Notes: a model not told the origin generated them from the letters alone. A DNA stretch of 64,000 nucleotides from Nostoc sp. (GCA_036918135.1 JBALDB010000069.1:32001-96000), one strand, 5' to 3'. Positions 41,884 through 52,804 are shown, counted from the stretch's first letter. Numbers and translations: made by a program.

Positions 41884-43206
41884 CTATCGATAAGCAACTT
41901 GTGGCCCTGCCCAAATTTCTGTAACCTGTTTACCAAAAGTTATGGGCCGATCGTCGTCTGTTGTAGTGACGGTCTTGCCATCATTAGCAACTTTCACCAA
42001 AGGCCAGTTTTCCTCGCCTAGTTCGCCTGCACGAAACAACACATGATCGGGTTGGCTTTTACTCCAACCTAACAAGACCGCAATCTTCTGATCCTGATTT
42101 TCTTGATTAGCAGGAGCAACAATGTTAGCGTGATTGTTTTGCCGATCCCAAATCACTGCGCTATCTGTGGAATCACCTGTGTTAAATATGCCTTCAAACT
42201 TGCGTGCCAAAAAGCGATCGCCTTTTTCCGACCAACTAACAGGAACTAACACCCCAATCTGACCGTTTGTGTCTGTTTCTTCTACTGACACCGCCTTAAC
42301 AGCTTTGGTTTTTAATAGGGGATCGCTAACAGGAGTAGTTGAAGCCATCACCCATAACTTCTTAGTTTGCATATCTTGGACAAACAGAACGCTGGTGACG
42401 CGGCTGTTGTACATTTCTGGTTTAACCTCTAGTTGCACCCGACTATAAACAGCATACCTACCATCAGGAGAAATCACCGGTACGCTGCGGTAGTGGCGCA
42501 CTCCAGAACCACCTTTAGAACCAATAGCCTCTTGAGTAGCTGTAATCCATTTCCAAGGAATCGGATGAGGACTGCCGAGGGGATCTGTTTGTTCTGCTTG
42601 GGATTCATCAACTGGTTCACTAACTGGTATTTCCGTCGTCGTTGCAGTTGGTTGTGATTCTTTAAGAGTTGGTGCTACTTGAACTGCTACTAATGATTTA
42701 GTAAAAGGTTTCTCTGTAGAGAAAGAATTTTTTTCTTCTCTCAAAGATTTTACCTTAGCTGCTTTTAGTTTTTGTATTAATTTAAGTTGACTCACAGGAA
42801 CATCTGTTGATGGCGCGAGTTCAACTGCTGCCAAGGAATCGGGAACCTTTGAATCGCTGCTTGAGAGAGAATTATCTACTTGAGCTAAAGAATCAATTTT
42901 ATCTTCAGGTAATACTTGCGGTTCCTGAATAGCACTGCTTTGTGTTGATACATCAAATTCTTCTGTTGATGAATCGACTCGATCTACTTTTAATGTGTCA
43001 GCTATCTCAGGTTTTTCAACTAAGGCTATTTCTTTTGATACAGGTTCAGATTCTTCAGTAACTGAACTTTGTTTAACTACTTCGGATTTTACTGGAGCCG
43101 AGTTACCAGATGCCCCGAATAAGGGTGCGAGCAATATTACAACAACAACATAATTCAGAAATGGTTGTGCGCGGAACCATCCTGACAGCAAAAGGGGTTT
43201 AAGCAT
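41884..43206 (-). CDS. Hypothetical exported protein
   Basis: N-terminal hydrophobic segment, low-complexity linker, C-terminal domain with SPDGRYAVYSR and LVPVSWS. Confidence 0.7.
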   Translation of the reverse strand: MLKPLLLSGWFRAQPFLNYVVVVILLAPLFGASGNSAPVKSEVVKQSSVTEESEPVSKEIALVEKPEIADTLKVDRVDSSTEEFDVSTQSSAIQEPQVLPEDKIDSLAQVDNSLSSSDSKVPDSLAAVELAPSTDVPVSQLKLIQKLKAAKVKSLREEKNSFSTEKPFTKSLVAVQVAPTLKESQPTATTTEIPVSEPVDESQAEQTDPLGSPHPIPWKWITATQEAIGSKGGSGVRHYRSVPVISPDGRYAVYSRVQLEVKPEMYNSRVTSVLFVQDMQTKKLWVMASTTPVSDPLLKTKAVKAVSVEETDTNGQIGVLVPVSWSEKGDRFLARKFEGIFNTGDSTDSAVIWDRQNNHANIVAPANQENQDQKIAVLLGWSKSQPDHVLFRAGELGEENWPLVKVANDGKTVTTTDDDRPITFGKQVTEIWAGPQVAYR

Positions 43207-44094
43207 TTGTAGACTCTCTAGAGGGCGGTTGCTTATGTGAGGAGCAATACCTATGCAGCAATGGAGGAAGCGATAATTATATGTATAACAAGAAACTAAA
43301 AGTTTTTACTAAATAATTTCTTTATTTCTGGAGGATGATAAAAAATAAGCATTATTAATTACACCTTTTTTGTTTGAAGTACTGGATGTTTTTTTGACAA
43401 ATATGTGCGAGTATAGTAACTATGCTGATAACTCAGTAATTACTACACATATAATCCAATTCTGGTGTAGGCATGAACTACACCAAAAGCACGTTTATAC
43501 TCAAGGGGTATTAAGCTGATAGTTCAGGCTAGTGAAAGTGCAGACTAAGACTAGTTTCAAACTGCACGTTGACAATCATGTTATGAATCGCTAACACGCA
43601 GTAAGCTAGTTCACACACTATAACAGTGGAAACCCCGATAATAGTAAACGTGAGGCGTTACCTGAAAAGCTGGGAAAGCGGACACATAATACATAATACT
43701 CAGAAAATATTGTTGCCAGCAACCCTAAGTTAGAAATTGCAATCTAAATTACATAAACACTTATTACGCAATGCTCTTTTACAAAAAGCAACCGCGCTGA
43801 ATGCTAATATTGAGAAAATCATCAAAAAAGCAGCAATATTTACTGGGTAGATGCTCTAGCGACTCAAAACCACAGACAGTCCGTTCGGGGTAACTAGAGA
43901 AAGATGCAGTTGATACTAACTTTTATACTTGCTAACTTATACAGTCAACTTAATCAAGCAGCCTATAGTTTCAGCAATACGAGAATATTGTACCACCAAA
44001 CAACCAAACTATAAAATATCTATATTAAAAGTTGTCACTTACCAGGAGCGCATTTACGATTAACTAATTACTAACGACTAACAAGAAATTATTA

Positions 44095-45099
44095 ATGAAA
44101 ATCGTATTTTTTGGTACTCCTGAGTTTGCTGTCCCGACTTTAGAAAAGTTATTAAATGATTCTAAATTTGAGGTGTTGGCAGTTGTTACCCAACCAGATA
44201 AACGCCGGGAACGTGGAAATAAACTTACTCCTTCACCCGTAAAAGCGATCGCTACTGCTCATAATTTGCCAGTATGGCAACCAGAACGGGTGAAAAAAGA
44301 CACTCAAACTTTGAACCTACTCAAACAATCAGACGCAGATGTGTTTGTTGTTGTCGCCTATGGACAGATTTTGTCCTCAAAAATCTTAAATATGCCCAAG
44401 TTGGGCTGCATTAATGTGCATGGCTCGATTTTACCCAAATATCGAGGTGCAGCGCCGATTCAATGGTGTTTATATAACGGTGAAACCCAAACGGGGATTA
44501 CGACCATGTTAATGGATGCAGGCATGGATACCGGTGCAATGCTACAAATAGCCACTACACCCATTGAATTGCTGGATAATGCTCAAGATGTAGCCCAAAG
44601 ACTGGCTGCAATTGGTGGAGATTTGTTGGTAGAAACTTTAATGAAGTTGAAAAGTAAAGAAATTCAACTAATACCCCAAGATAATTCAGCAGCTACTTAT
44701 GCACCTTTGATTCAAAAACAAGATTATGCTTTGGATTGGTCAAAAAGCGCTATCCAATTACACAATCAAATTAGAGGCTTTTACCCTAACTGCACAGCTA
44801 CCTTTCGTGACAACCCGCTAAAAATCACTGCTTCTGTTCCTGTTAGTACAGTAGGCGATCGCCATCTCCCACCACAATTCCAAGAATTAATACATAAATT
44901 GCCTGATTTGTCAAATATATCAAACAGACCTGGAGAGGTATCGAGCATTGCTAAAGGAATTGGGGCGATTGTCCAAACTGGGGAAGGTTTGTTGCTGTTG
45001 CGAGAAGTTCAGCTAGCTGGTAAACGTCCCCAGTCTGGATGGGATTTTGTTAATGGTACGCGTTTAACTGTGGGGGAAGTATTTGGTGTCGGGAGTTGA
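44095..45099 (+). CDS. fmt: Methionyl-tRNA formyltransferase
   Basis: [31 protein letters not shown]. Confidence 0.95.
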   Translation: MKIVFFGTPEFAVPTLEKLLNDSKFEVLAVVTQPDKRRERGNKLTPSPVKAIATAHNLPVWQPERVKKDTQTLNLLKQSDADVFVVVAYGQILSSKILNMPKLGCINVHGSILPKYRGAAPIQWCLYNGETQTGITTMLMDAGMDTGAMLQIATTPIELLDNAQDVAQRLAAIGGDLLVETLMKLKSKEIQLIPQDNSAATYAPLIQKQDYALDWSKSAIQLHNQIRGFYPNCTATFRDNPLKITASVPVSTVGDRHLPPQFQELIHKLPDLSNISNRPGEVSSIAKGIGAIVQTGEGLLLLREVQLAGKRPQSGWDFVNGTRLTVGEVFGVGS

Positions 45100-45148
45100 G
45101 GGGGATCAGGAAGAATCACTTTTACTCCTAACTCCTCATTCCTGACTT

Positions 45149-45514
45149 TTAACTTATAACTCCTAACTTTTCATAAAAGCGGCAAGATTCGCAAGGCCCA
45201 TCTGGGTTGACTGCACAGCGAATGATTTCTGAATGAGCGTTGTAGCAGCAGGTAGCATCACCGATTACCCAACGTCCTTCTACTAAACTTTTCTCAGATG
45301 GTCGTTTGGCAGACTGGACGTAAATAGCAATATTATTTAAACGGTAGCGTCCGGCTTTAAGTTGATATCGATGACGGCGTTCTAAAACAGCGTAGGTTTT
45401 ACCTTGAAAATCGAGATAGTTTCCCGGTTGGGGTGTCCAATCAAGTTGCACTCTACCGAGGGACTCACGCGGATGCGTGAGAATCACCTCGGTTTGTAAA
45501 GAGTCTGGCTCCAT
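45149..45514 (-). CDS. DUF6464-like protein
   Basis: IGDATCCYNAHSEIIRCAVNPDGPCESC motif. Confidence 0.75.
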   Translation of the reverse strand: MEPDSLQTEVILTHPRESLGRVQLDWTPQPGNYLDFQGKTYAVLERRHRYQLKAGRYRLNNIAIYVQSAKRPSEKSLVEGRWVIGDATCCYNAHSEIIRCAVNPDGPCESCRFYEKLGVIS

Positions 45515-45649
45515 AAGCTGATGTGATTTGATTTACATTATAAGGATGTTATCGCAATAACTTTCTTTAGCTTACCGAATTTAGATTACAATTAATAATT
45601 CACTATATTTGCCAAAATTAGAGATGCACAATTAATGCATCCCTACAAG

Positions 45650-47161
45650 TTATGGCAACCAGAATTCAGGCAGGATAGATTTACCTAAGTCACGCAGAGT
45701 TTGGTTGAGCGATCGCGCTACTTTTATATGAGCTTCATCCTCTTCTACAGGTAAAATCTCAGATGGTTGACCTGCTCCTAAATAAGACACCACTAAGTTC
45801 GCCGCCTCTAAGCCAGTAACATAAGCTTTTTCTTGAGACCAGGAACCATGACGGTTGACAATCCAATCTCCACTCATAAACACATTCTCAAAACTTGTCT
45901 TAGCGGGTAACATATAACGATAGCTACCAGGTGCAAAGTGAGTCACTGCCTGAGGTAGCCGAATTACACTGCTATCAATAATCTTTGCCTCCCGAAACGT
46001 TGGTACACAAGTTGCTAAATAACGCTGGACTATTGGTAAAATCTCCTCATCACTTAAGTTAACAAACTGATTTGCGTGATAAAAATCAGCTTCAACCACT
46101 GTTCCTGGCTCGTAGCGATATTCATCATGTAGAGCATTCAAATCAAAAAATGTCCAACCGGTAGTTGCGTCGAATCCAAAGCAGGCATTAGAAGGACGAG
46201 GAATATTAACTTTGCGATCGAACCATAAGCGAGTTGCTAAAACATCAATCGCTCCTAAATTGCTCAAATTCCGGAATTCTTCACGACTTTGCAAACTCGG
46301 ACTAGTTGAAACAATTTTCTTCATACCTGTAATACCTACAGCAAAAATTACGGCATCGGCATCAAAAACTTCATCACCGCAAACCACACTCTTGGCTCGA
46401 TAATTACTATCAACAACTAAGTCGGTTACCCGCCGCTTGGGTAATACTCGCGCCCCAGCTTTTTCAATACGTTCCACCCAAGGACGAAATATTTTTTCTC
46501 CTACAGTTCCCCGACACCAAACCACATCAAAATCTGATTGATGAGCCAAAATAAAAAAGTAAAGCATCCCTAAAGTTGCTGCGGCTGAACATTGTTCGCC
46601 AGGGGCAAACAAGCCCACTAATAACATTGGTTCAAAAGCGTCCCGATAAAGTCGTGCAGAAACATTAAAATTTTTGAACAATTCACGAGCAGTGACAAAA
46701 TCATAGCGCCGCCAAGCTGCATCAGAATTATCAAAATCAATAAGCGTATAAAGTAAAGGTAGGGCGCTCAGACGGTCAATTAGTGGCAATCGTTTAAACT
46801 GAGTGTAGAGAAAAGTTCCTAAAGGAGTAGGGAGTCTTGGTAAGTCTTGAAAAATTGGTGATTCAACTTCTAAACCCGCAGGCGAATATTGGGAAGAACG
46901 AGTCCAAGTAGTAAAAGGATTAATTTCTAATTCATTAATCAGGGAAAAAATATTTCTATAAGGGTACCAGAAGCCATGAATGCCAGCTTCTTGTGATTTT
47001 CCGGCTGCTGTTTGCCAACCTGCCACCAGTCCACCAGGATAAGAACCTGCTTCTAAAAGTGTCACATCATAGCCTTGTTTTGCCAAATGGTAGGTTGCTC
47101 CCAAACCTGCCCAACCTGCACCTACGACCACCACCCGTTTTTGTTGTGACCCTTTTACCAT
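45650..47161 (-). CDS. FAD-dependent oxidoreductase (amine oxidase / carotenoid desaturase-like)
   Basis: VVGAGWAG, EAGIHGFW, SGDW, QEKAYVTG; ATG at 47161. Confidence 0.85.
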   Translation of the reverse strand: MVKGSQQKRVVVVGAGWAGLGATYHLAKQGYDVTLLEAGSYPGGLVAGWQTAAGKSQEAGIHGFWYPYRNIFSLINELEINPFTTWTRSSQYSPAGLEVESPIFQDLPRLPTPLGTFLYTQFKRLPLIDRLSALPLLYTLIDFDNSDAAWRRYDFVTARELFKNFNVSARLYRDAFEPMLLVGLFAPGEQCSAAATLGMLYFFILAHQSDFDVVWCRGTVGEKIFRPWVERIEKAGARVLPKRRVTDLVVDSNYRAKSVVCGDEVFDADAVIFAVGITGMKKIVSTSPSLQSREEFRNLSNLGAIDVLATRLWFDRKVNIPRPSNACFGFDATTGWTFFDLNALHDEYRYEPGTVVEADFYHANQFVNLSDEEILPIVQRYLATCVPTFREAKIIDSSVIRLPQAVTHFAPGSYRYMLPAKTSFENVFMSGDWIVNRHGSWSQEKAYVTGLEAANLVVSYLGAGQPSEILPVEEDEAHIKVARSLNQTLRDLGKSILPEFWLP

Positions 47162-47340
47162 CTTAGCCTCCGATTCTTCCAGTCTAACAACTAATGTATA
47201 GCGTAGATTCTCCGTAGGACTACAGAATCTAAAATCTAAAATTTTATTAGAGGAAGTGGTTGAGTACAATTCCTTGCGGTTAATGCTGGCTTAAGAGTAT
47301 AACAGAAGACAGATTTAGTTATTTATGAGGAATAATCCTA

Positions 47341-48243
47341 ATGACTCAATTAGCAAATGAAAAATTCAGCTTGGATGATTATGAATTACGAGATGGTATT
47401 TATTTTCCTAGTGATTACAAACAGTTGAACAGTACTCAACACAAAAAAACCTGGGATAAAATTGGTAAAACTTACTATGGTTCCCAGAAAATTGAAAAAG
47501 TTGCAGAGAAATCGCCCATCAAACAAGATTACACTCTGCTAACTGGTACACCTGGAGGTACTTGGAATAAATTTCCGTTGAACAAATCTGTGGATTCTAT
47601 TCTGGAGATTGGTTGCGGTTATGGTCGCGCACCTTTGCATCTCTCTAAAGCCAAAAATTTAAGATGTGAAAAATATTATGGTATTGATATTTCTGAACCT
47701 CTGTTGCGGCGGTTAATTAAGGTTAAACAAGAATACGATTTTTTTCCAGAAGCTGAGTTTAACTTAATTTGCAATTCTGCTGAAATATTACCTTTAGCAG
47801 ATAATTCTATAGATTTAGTAATTTCTAATTGTGTTTTTATGCATATACCAGATGCACAATTAAGAAACTTATTAGCTGAGATATCTCGCGTACTCAAACC
47901 AGGTGGAATTTTCGTTTTTAATCATTCATTTCACAACAAGTCTTGTCCTTCTCATATTATCCATAATTTTGTAAGAAAGTTGAACCCATTTGTGAGAAAT
48001 CCAGTTTATTTGAAACAATATTCATCTGCTGAAATAGAAGAAATGTTAGCAACTGCTGGAATAAAAACAAAATGTCCAGAGTATATTGTGGAACCAACAG
48101 CAGAATATGCTATTTTGCCAGAAACTATTAAAGGAATTCCAGTACCGTTTGCTAAAGCCATCAATAAAAGTCTCAAACCATCGGGTAGTTTAAAAGAAAC
48201 TTTGGCTTATGGTTTTAGCGCTTACAGCACTCAATTGGATTAA
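47341..48243 (+). CDS. Class I SAM-dependent methyltransferase
   Basis: ILEIGCGYG, GIDIS, RVLKPGG. Confidence 0.88.
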   Translation: MTQLANEKFSLDDYELRDGIYFPSDYKQLNSTQHKKTWDKIGKTYYGSQKIEKVAEKSPIKQDYTLLTGTPGGTWNKFPLNKSVDSILEIGCGYGRAPLHLSKAKNLRCEKYYGIDISEPLLRRLIKVKQEYDFFPEAEFNLICNSAEILPLADNSIDLVISNCVFMHIPDAQLRNLLAEISRVLKPGGIFVFNHSFHNKSCPSHIIHNFVRKLNPFVRNPVYLKQYSSAEIEEMLATAGIKTKCPEYIVEPTAEYAILPETIKGIPVPFAKAINKSLKPSGSLKETLAYGFSAYSTQLD

Positions 48244-48287
48244 TCTAGAAACTATTAGGTTAGATAAAAGTTTGTAGTCAGTGACTC

Positions 48288-48319
48288 GATCCTCGACTTA
48301 TTATCAAAAGTTGGGGATC
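48288..48319. repeat. GATCC.CGACTT...AAGT.GGGGATC palindrome
   Basis: Imperfect inverted repeat between convergent genes. Confidence 0.55.
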
Positions 48320-48480
48320 AAACTTTTGATGAATGATTTAGGACTGGGTCGCTAGCTTGGAAAGTTTTTCAAAAAGTGCGATCGCTAGCTGTGCGACAAT
48401 CTCAACATTCAAAAATAGTTGCTGCAAAGTATGAATTTGGTATGGGGCTAAGCCTTTGCCGTAAGCTTCGCCCCACTGAT

Positions 48481-49080
48481 TTACAACGTCGCCACAAGTT
48501 CTTTTAAGCGATGGCGTCCATCCCGGAAGACTGGCCAGCCATCCCCCACTAACACTGCTTCTACCCGACTGAGTTTAGCCAACCTCTGCACAGAAGCAAC
48601 AGCCTGCTCTCGATTCAGCAGCTTGTCATCGGGTAAAATTGTCAAACTACCTGCTTTGCGTGCCCTTACTAAATCTCCTGTAATTAAAGTCGTTTCCTCC
48701 AGTAGTAGAGCCAGTTCACCGGGAGTTTTAGAACCTTGGAGTTCAATTACCTTTAGTCCAGGTACAAATTCTTCACCATCAGACAGCCAGCGATCGCAAT
48801 GTATGGGAAAAGTATCTTTTTCCGCCACAGGGCCGACTATTTTAGCATAAGTTTGATCGGCAATTTCTTTACTTGCCCTGATATGTTCAGAATTCGTCAA
48901 CACTATCCAAACCACGCCACCGAGGGATTGCAGATGATTCCAATCATGGTTTGATAGGGCTACTGGGTCAATCAAGATGTTGCCATCTGGGCGAATCCAG
49001 GCAATCCCATTGAAATCAATATTTCTTGCCGGATTGAAATTAGACCAGCTATAGAGATCGGGACGGTGCAAAGATTTCAT
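48481..49080 (-). CDS. MBL-fold metallo-hydrolase-like protein
   Basis: LIDP, LTNSEH, GSKTPG, ITGD, LVGDG. Confidence 0.75.
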   Translation of the reverse strand: MKSLHRPDLYSWSNFNPARNIDFNGIAWIRPDGNILIDPVALSNHDWNHLQSLGGVVWIVLTNSEHIRASKEIADQTYAKIVGPVAEKDTFPIHCDRWLSDGEEFVPGLKVIELQGSKTPGELALLLEETTLITGDLVRARKAGSLTILPDDKLLNREQAVASVQRLAKLSRVEAVLVGDGWPVFRDGRHRLKELVATL

Positions 49081-49159
49081 GATGATTGTGGATTAGTACC
49101 TTCAATAATTGACTATTAATCTCAATAATTCAGTATATAGATAATGAGGTGACTGGAGA

Positions 49160-49357
49160 TTAGTTATTAGTTATTAGTCATTAGTGATTGGTCATTTGTC
49201 ATTTGTACTAAGCCTTGGGAGAAGCGTAGCCGAAGGGTGAAGCCAAAGTATTGGTCATTGGACATGGTTATTCCCTTTGTTTCCCCTACTCCCCCTGCCC
49301 CTCTGCCCCTCTGCCCCTCTGATCCCCATCTCCAGCACTCTCCACCCCTTCCCCCTG
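49160..49357. repeat. STRR heptamers, small dispersed repeat and CCCCTCTG octamers
   Basis: TTAGTTA/TTGGTCA/TTTGTCA units; AGCGTAGCCGAAGG; (CCCCTCTG)n. Confidence 0.65.
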
Positions 49358-49473
49358 AATCTGAAATTTGAGTATACTACGATAAATCTATCGATATTAT
49401 GGGTTTATTCGGTTTTAAAAAAATTCCTGCATAACTGCAATGGAGATTGACAAAGGTATGGGAGTAAGTTCAG

Positions 49474-49947
49474 ATGCAACGCCAAAAAATATCAGCTAAG
49501 GCAAACCAGTTTACAGAGTCGGTGATTCGAGAAATGACAAGAGTGGCACTGCAACATAGTGCAGTGAATTTGGCCCAGGGATTTCCTGATTTTCCTTGTC
49601 CTCAGGAGTTAAAACAGGCAGCCTACGAAGCAATAGAAGCAGATGTTAACCAATATGCTATCACTTGGGGCGATCGCCCATTTCGGGAAGCGATCGCCAA
49701 CAAAGTCCAGTGGTATCTCGGCTTAGATATCAATCCTGAAACCCAAATCACCCTCACATGCGGTTCCACAGAAGCGATGGCAGCAGTGATGTTGGCCACA
49801 GTCGATCCTGGTTCCAGCTTTTTCAGCCAACCACAAAAAGGATATTTATTAATTAGATTCTGCTTCAGTAAAAGACCTGAGACATTGCAAACAGCAAGTG
49901 ACAGATTACTAAAATTACAAGCTACTCTACAACTAAAGCAACTATAG
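49474..49947 (+). pseudogene. Class I/II aminotransferase (Met/kynurenine type) with large in-frame internal deletion
   Basis: N-terminal VNLAQGFPDF, NQYA and ITLTCGSTEA join at VDPG directly to C-terminal PGSSFF..IRFCFSK; the PLP-lysine region is absent. Confidence 0.85.
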
Positions 49948-50076
49948 CAATACTATTTGAGTTGTCAAGAATTACTTTTTTAAACAACCGCGTTCAGGCA
50001 AAGCTGTTGCCACAGGCTAGGGTGGAAAATACGCAAAGTTAATAAATAATTTTAAAAATTATCTAGAGTTGCTATA
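49943..50076. repeat. TATAGCAA...TTGCTATA MITE-like element filling the intergenic space
   Basis: Terminal inverted repeats overlap the upstream stop codon and the downstream ATG. Confidence 0.6.
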
Positions 50077-51440
50077 TGACTAATTACGACAATATTTTAG
50101 AAGCAATTGGTAGAACTCCATTAGTCAAACTTAATAAAATTGCTGAAGATATTCACTCAACTATTTACGCCAAAGTAGAATATCTCAATCCTGGCGGCAG
50201 TACCAAAGATAGAATTGCCCTGACTATGATTGAAGCCGCAGAAAAAACAGGTCAACTCCAACCAGGCGGCACTATTATTGAAGCTACCGCAGGCAATACT
50301 GGTGTAGGACTAGCATTAATTGCAGCAGTGAAAAAATATCGCTGCATATTCGTCATGCCTGATAAAATGAGCCAAGATAAAATCAATTTACTCAAAGCTT
50401 ATGGTGCAGAAGTAGTTGTTACTCCCACATCTGTACCGCCTGACTCACCAGAAAGTTATAACGGTGTAGCAGAAAGACTCGCTAAAGAAATACCCAAAGC
50501 TTACAGACCAAATCAATTTGAAAACCCGAATAATCCTTTAGCGCATTACCTGACTACAGGCCCAGAAATTTGGTCAGATAGTCATGGTAAAGTAGATGTA
50601 TTTGTTGCTGGTATGGGCACAGGCGGTACAATTTCCGGAGTTGCCAAATATCTGAAAGAGCGAAATCAAAATATAGTAATTGTTGGTGCAGATCCCGAAG
50701 GTTCAATTCTTTCCGGTGACACACCCAAATCTTATAAAGTTGAAGGAATTGGAGAAGACTTTATTCCTAAAACTTTTAATCGCCAATTAGTAGATGAAAT
50801 GGTTCGAGTTAGCGATAAAGAATCATTTAATATGGCTCGTCGTTTAGCAAGAGAAGAAGGTTTATTGGTAGGAGGTTCATGCGGTACAGCAGTAGCCGCA
50901 GCCTTGAAATATGCAGCCAGATTAACACAACCAAAGTATATTGTAGTTCTATTACCAGATACGGGAAGAAATTACATTAATAAAATTTACTCCGATGCCT
51001 GGATGCAGGAAAATGGTTTTTGGGAAGGTACAACAGTCAGAAGCACAAAAATTGGAGAAATTCTGGCTCAAAAAATAGATTTTCCTTCATTAGTTGCTGT
51101 CAGTCCTCGTGATACCTTGAGTAAAGCCACAAATTACCTGCAAAAGTTAAATATCTCCCAGTTACCAGTGATTGATAACAATCATGTAGTAGGAAGTGTC
51201 AACGAAGCCTCTTTAATGAAATTCCTTCATGATGGAATTAACTTTTTCAACCAGGAAGTTTCGGCAGTTATGGGTAAACCATTGCCAATTCTCGATGAAG
51301 ACGTGGATATTTCCGAAGCTTATCGAGTGCTGTTATCAGGAACTACAGGAATTATTATTAAGCGGTGTGATGTTCCAGTTGGATTAATTACCAGAGCCGA
51401 TTTAATTAGATATTGGATTAGTCAAACCCAGGAATCATAA
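50076..51440 (+). CDS. Cystathionine beta-synthase with C-terminal CBS domains
   Basis: NPGGSTKDR (PLP lysine), AGNTG, GMGTGGT, YKVEGIG; C-terminal CBS pair (ISQLPV, GLITRADL). Confidence 0.9.
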   Translation: MTNYDNILEAIGRTPLVKLNKIAEDIHSTIYAKVEYLNPGGSTKDRIALTMIEAAEKTGQLQPGGTIIEATAGNTGVGLALIAAVKKYRCIFVMPDKMSQDKINLLKAYGAEVVVTPTSVPPDSPESYNGVAERLAKEIPKAYRPNQFENPNNPLAHYLTTGPEIWSDSHGKVDVFVAGMGTGGTISGVAKYLKERNQNIVIVGADPEGSILSGDTPKSYKVEGIGEDFIPKTFNRQLVDEMVRVSDKESFNMARRLAREEGLLVGGSCGTAVAAALKYAARLTQPKYIVVLLPDTGRNYINKIYSDAWMQENGFWEGTTVRSTKIGEILAQKIDFPSLVAVSPRDTLSKATNYLQKLNISQLPVIDNNHVVGSVNEASLMKFLHDGINFFNQEVSAVMGKPLPILDEDVDISEAYRVLLSGTTGIIIKRCDVPVGLITRADLIRYWISQTQES

Positions 51441-51604
51441 ATCATTAGTCGGAATCTGGAATTTAGTAGAGACAATTGGATGTAATTTCCGGCTACCTGC
51501 TAATTCTTTTGGATTAAATATGTATATTTCGTGAAACATTAAATTGAACCAGTCTTAGATAATTTTTTCTAAATGCTGAATTCTTTCTTGATAAAGGTAA
51601 AACA

Positions 51605-52741
51605 ATGGAATTTGAAACTAGAGCAATTCATGAAGGACAACAATCAGACCCTCAAACAGGTGCGGTAATTGTCCCCATTTATTTAACTTCCACCTACGAA
51701 CAAGAAGCCATAGGTCAGCACAAAGGATATGAATATTCACGCACGGGAAACCCTACCCGCACTGCTTTGGAAGAGGCTTTAGCTTCTCTAGAAAATGGGA
51801 AATTTGGTTTAGCATTTGCCTCTGGCTTGGCTGCAACTACCACAGTATTAAGTCTGCTCAAGAGTGGCGACCATATTGTTGCTGGCGATGACTTATATGG
51901 CGGTACTTATCGTTTACTAGAAAAGGTTGTAAAAAATTGGGGCGTGACAACTACCTATGTAGATATTGATAATATTGCTGATTTTGAAACTGCGATTACA
52001 CCAAATACGAAGTTGATTTGGATTGAAACTCCTACCAATCCTTTGTTAAAAATTATTGATATTGCAACATTAGCAAGTATTACCCGTAAAAACAATGTCA
52101 TCTTAGTAGTTGATAACACCTTTGCGAGTCCTTATTTTCAAAGACCGTTAGATTTAGGTGCTGATATTGTGGTTCACAGTACTACCAAATATCTTGGGGG
52201 ACACAGCGATATTATTGGTGGCGCAGTTATCACATCTAATGAGCAAGTATACACTGAACTGAAGTTTTATCAAAATGCGATCGGGGCAATTCCTAGTCCT
52301 TTTGATAGTTGGTTAGTACTGCGAGGTATTAAAACTCTAGCTGTAAGAATGCGAGAACATGAAAAAAACGCTTTATTTTTGGCTAAATTTTTAGAAAAAC
52401 ATCCTCAAGTTGAGCGAATTTATTATCCAGGATTACCTAGTCACAAACAATATCAACTAGCAAAAGAGCAAATGTCTGGCTTTGGGGGGATGATTAGTTT
52501 GGAATTAAAAGGTGGTTTTGCTAAAGTTGAAAGATTTGCTTCTCGACTCAAGTTGTTTTTGCTGGCTGAAAGTTTAGGAGGAGTAGAATCACTGCTTTGT
52601 TATCCCACCAAAATGACTCACGGTTCCCTACCGGAAGCGGAACGGCACAAGCGGGGAATAAAGGATAATTTAGTCCGTCTTTCGGTAGGAATTGAGCATC
52701 AGCAAGATTTAAAAGCTGATTTAGAAAATGCTCTGACTTAA
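51605..52741 (+). CDS. Cystathionine gamma-lyase/synthase
   Basis: YEYSRTGNPTR, ETPTNP, VDNTF, HSTTKYLGGHSD, AESLGGVESL. Confidence 0.92.
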   Translation: MEFETRAIHEGQQSDPQTGAVIVPIYLTSTYEQEAIGQHKGYEYSRTGNPTRTALEEALASLENGKFGLAFASGLAATTTVLSLLKSGDHIVAGDDLYGGTYRLLEKVVKNWGVTTTYVDIDNIADFETAITPNTKLIWIETPTNPLLKIIDIATLASITRKNNVILVVDNTFASPYFQRPLDLGADIVVHSTTKYLGGHSDIIGGAVITSNEQVYTELKFYQNAIGAIPSPFDSWLVLRGIKTLAVRMREHEKNALFLAKFLEKHPQVERIYYPGLPSHKQYQLAKEQMSGFGGMISLELKGGFAKVERFASRLKLFLLAESLGGVESLLCYPTKMTHGSLPEAERHKRGIKDNLVRLSVGIEHQQDLKADLENALT

Positions 52742-52782
52742 AAATAGCAATTAGAGAGTAGTGGTAAGGTTTAGTATTGCTG

Positions 52783-52804
52783 AACCCCTACAGCGTGTAG
52801 GGGT
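52783..52804 (+). terminator. Hairpin after the transsulfuration operon
   Basis: ACCCCTACA-GCG-TGTAGGGGT. Confidence 0.55.

Noticed and set aside
43283..43296. NtcA-like site GTA-N8-AAC
   Set aside because: It does not match the GTA-N8-TAC consensus, and such near-matches are common in AT-rich DNA.
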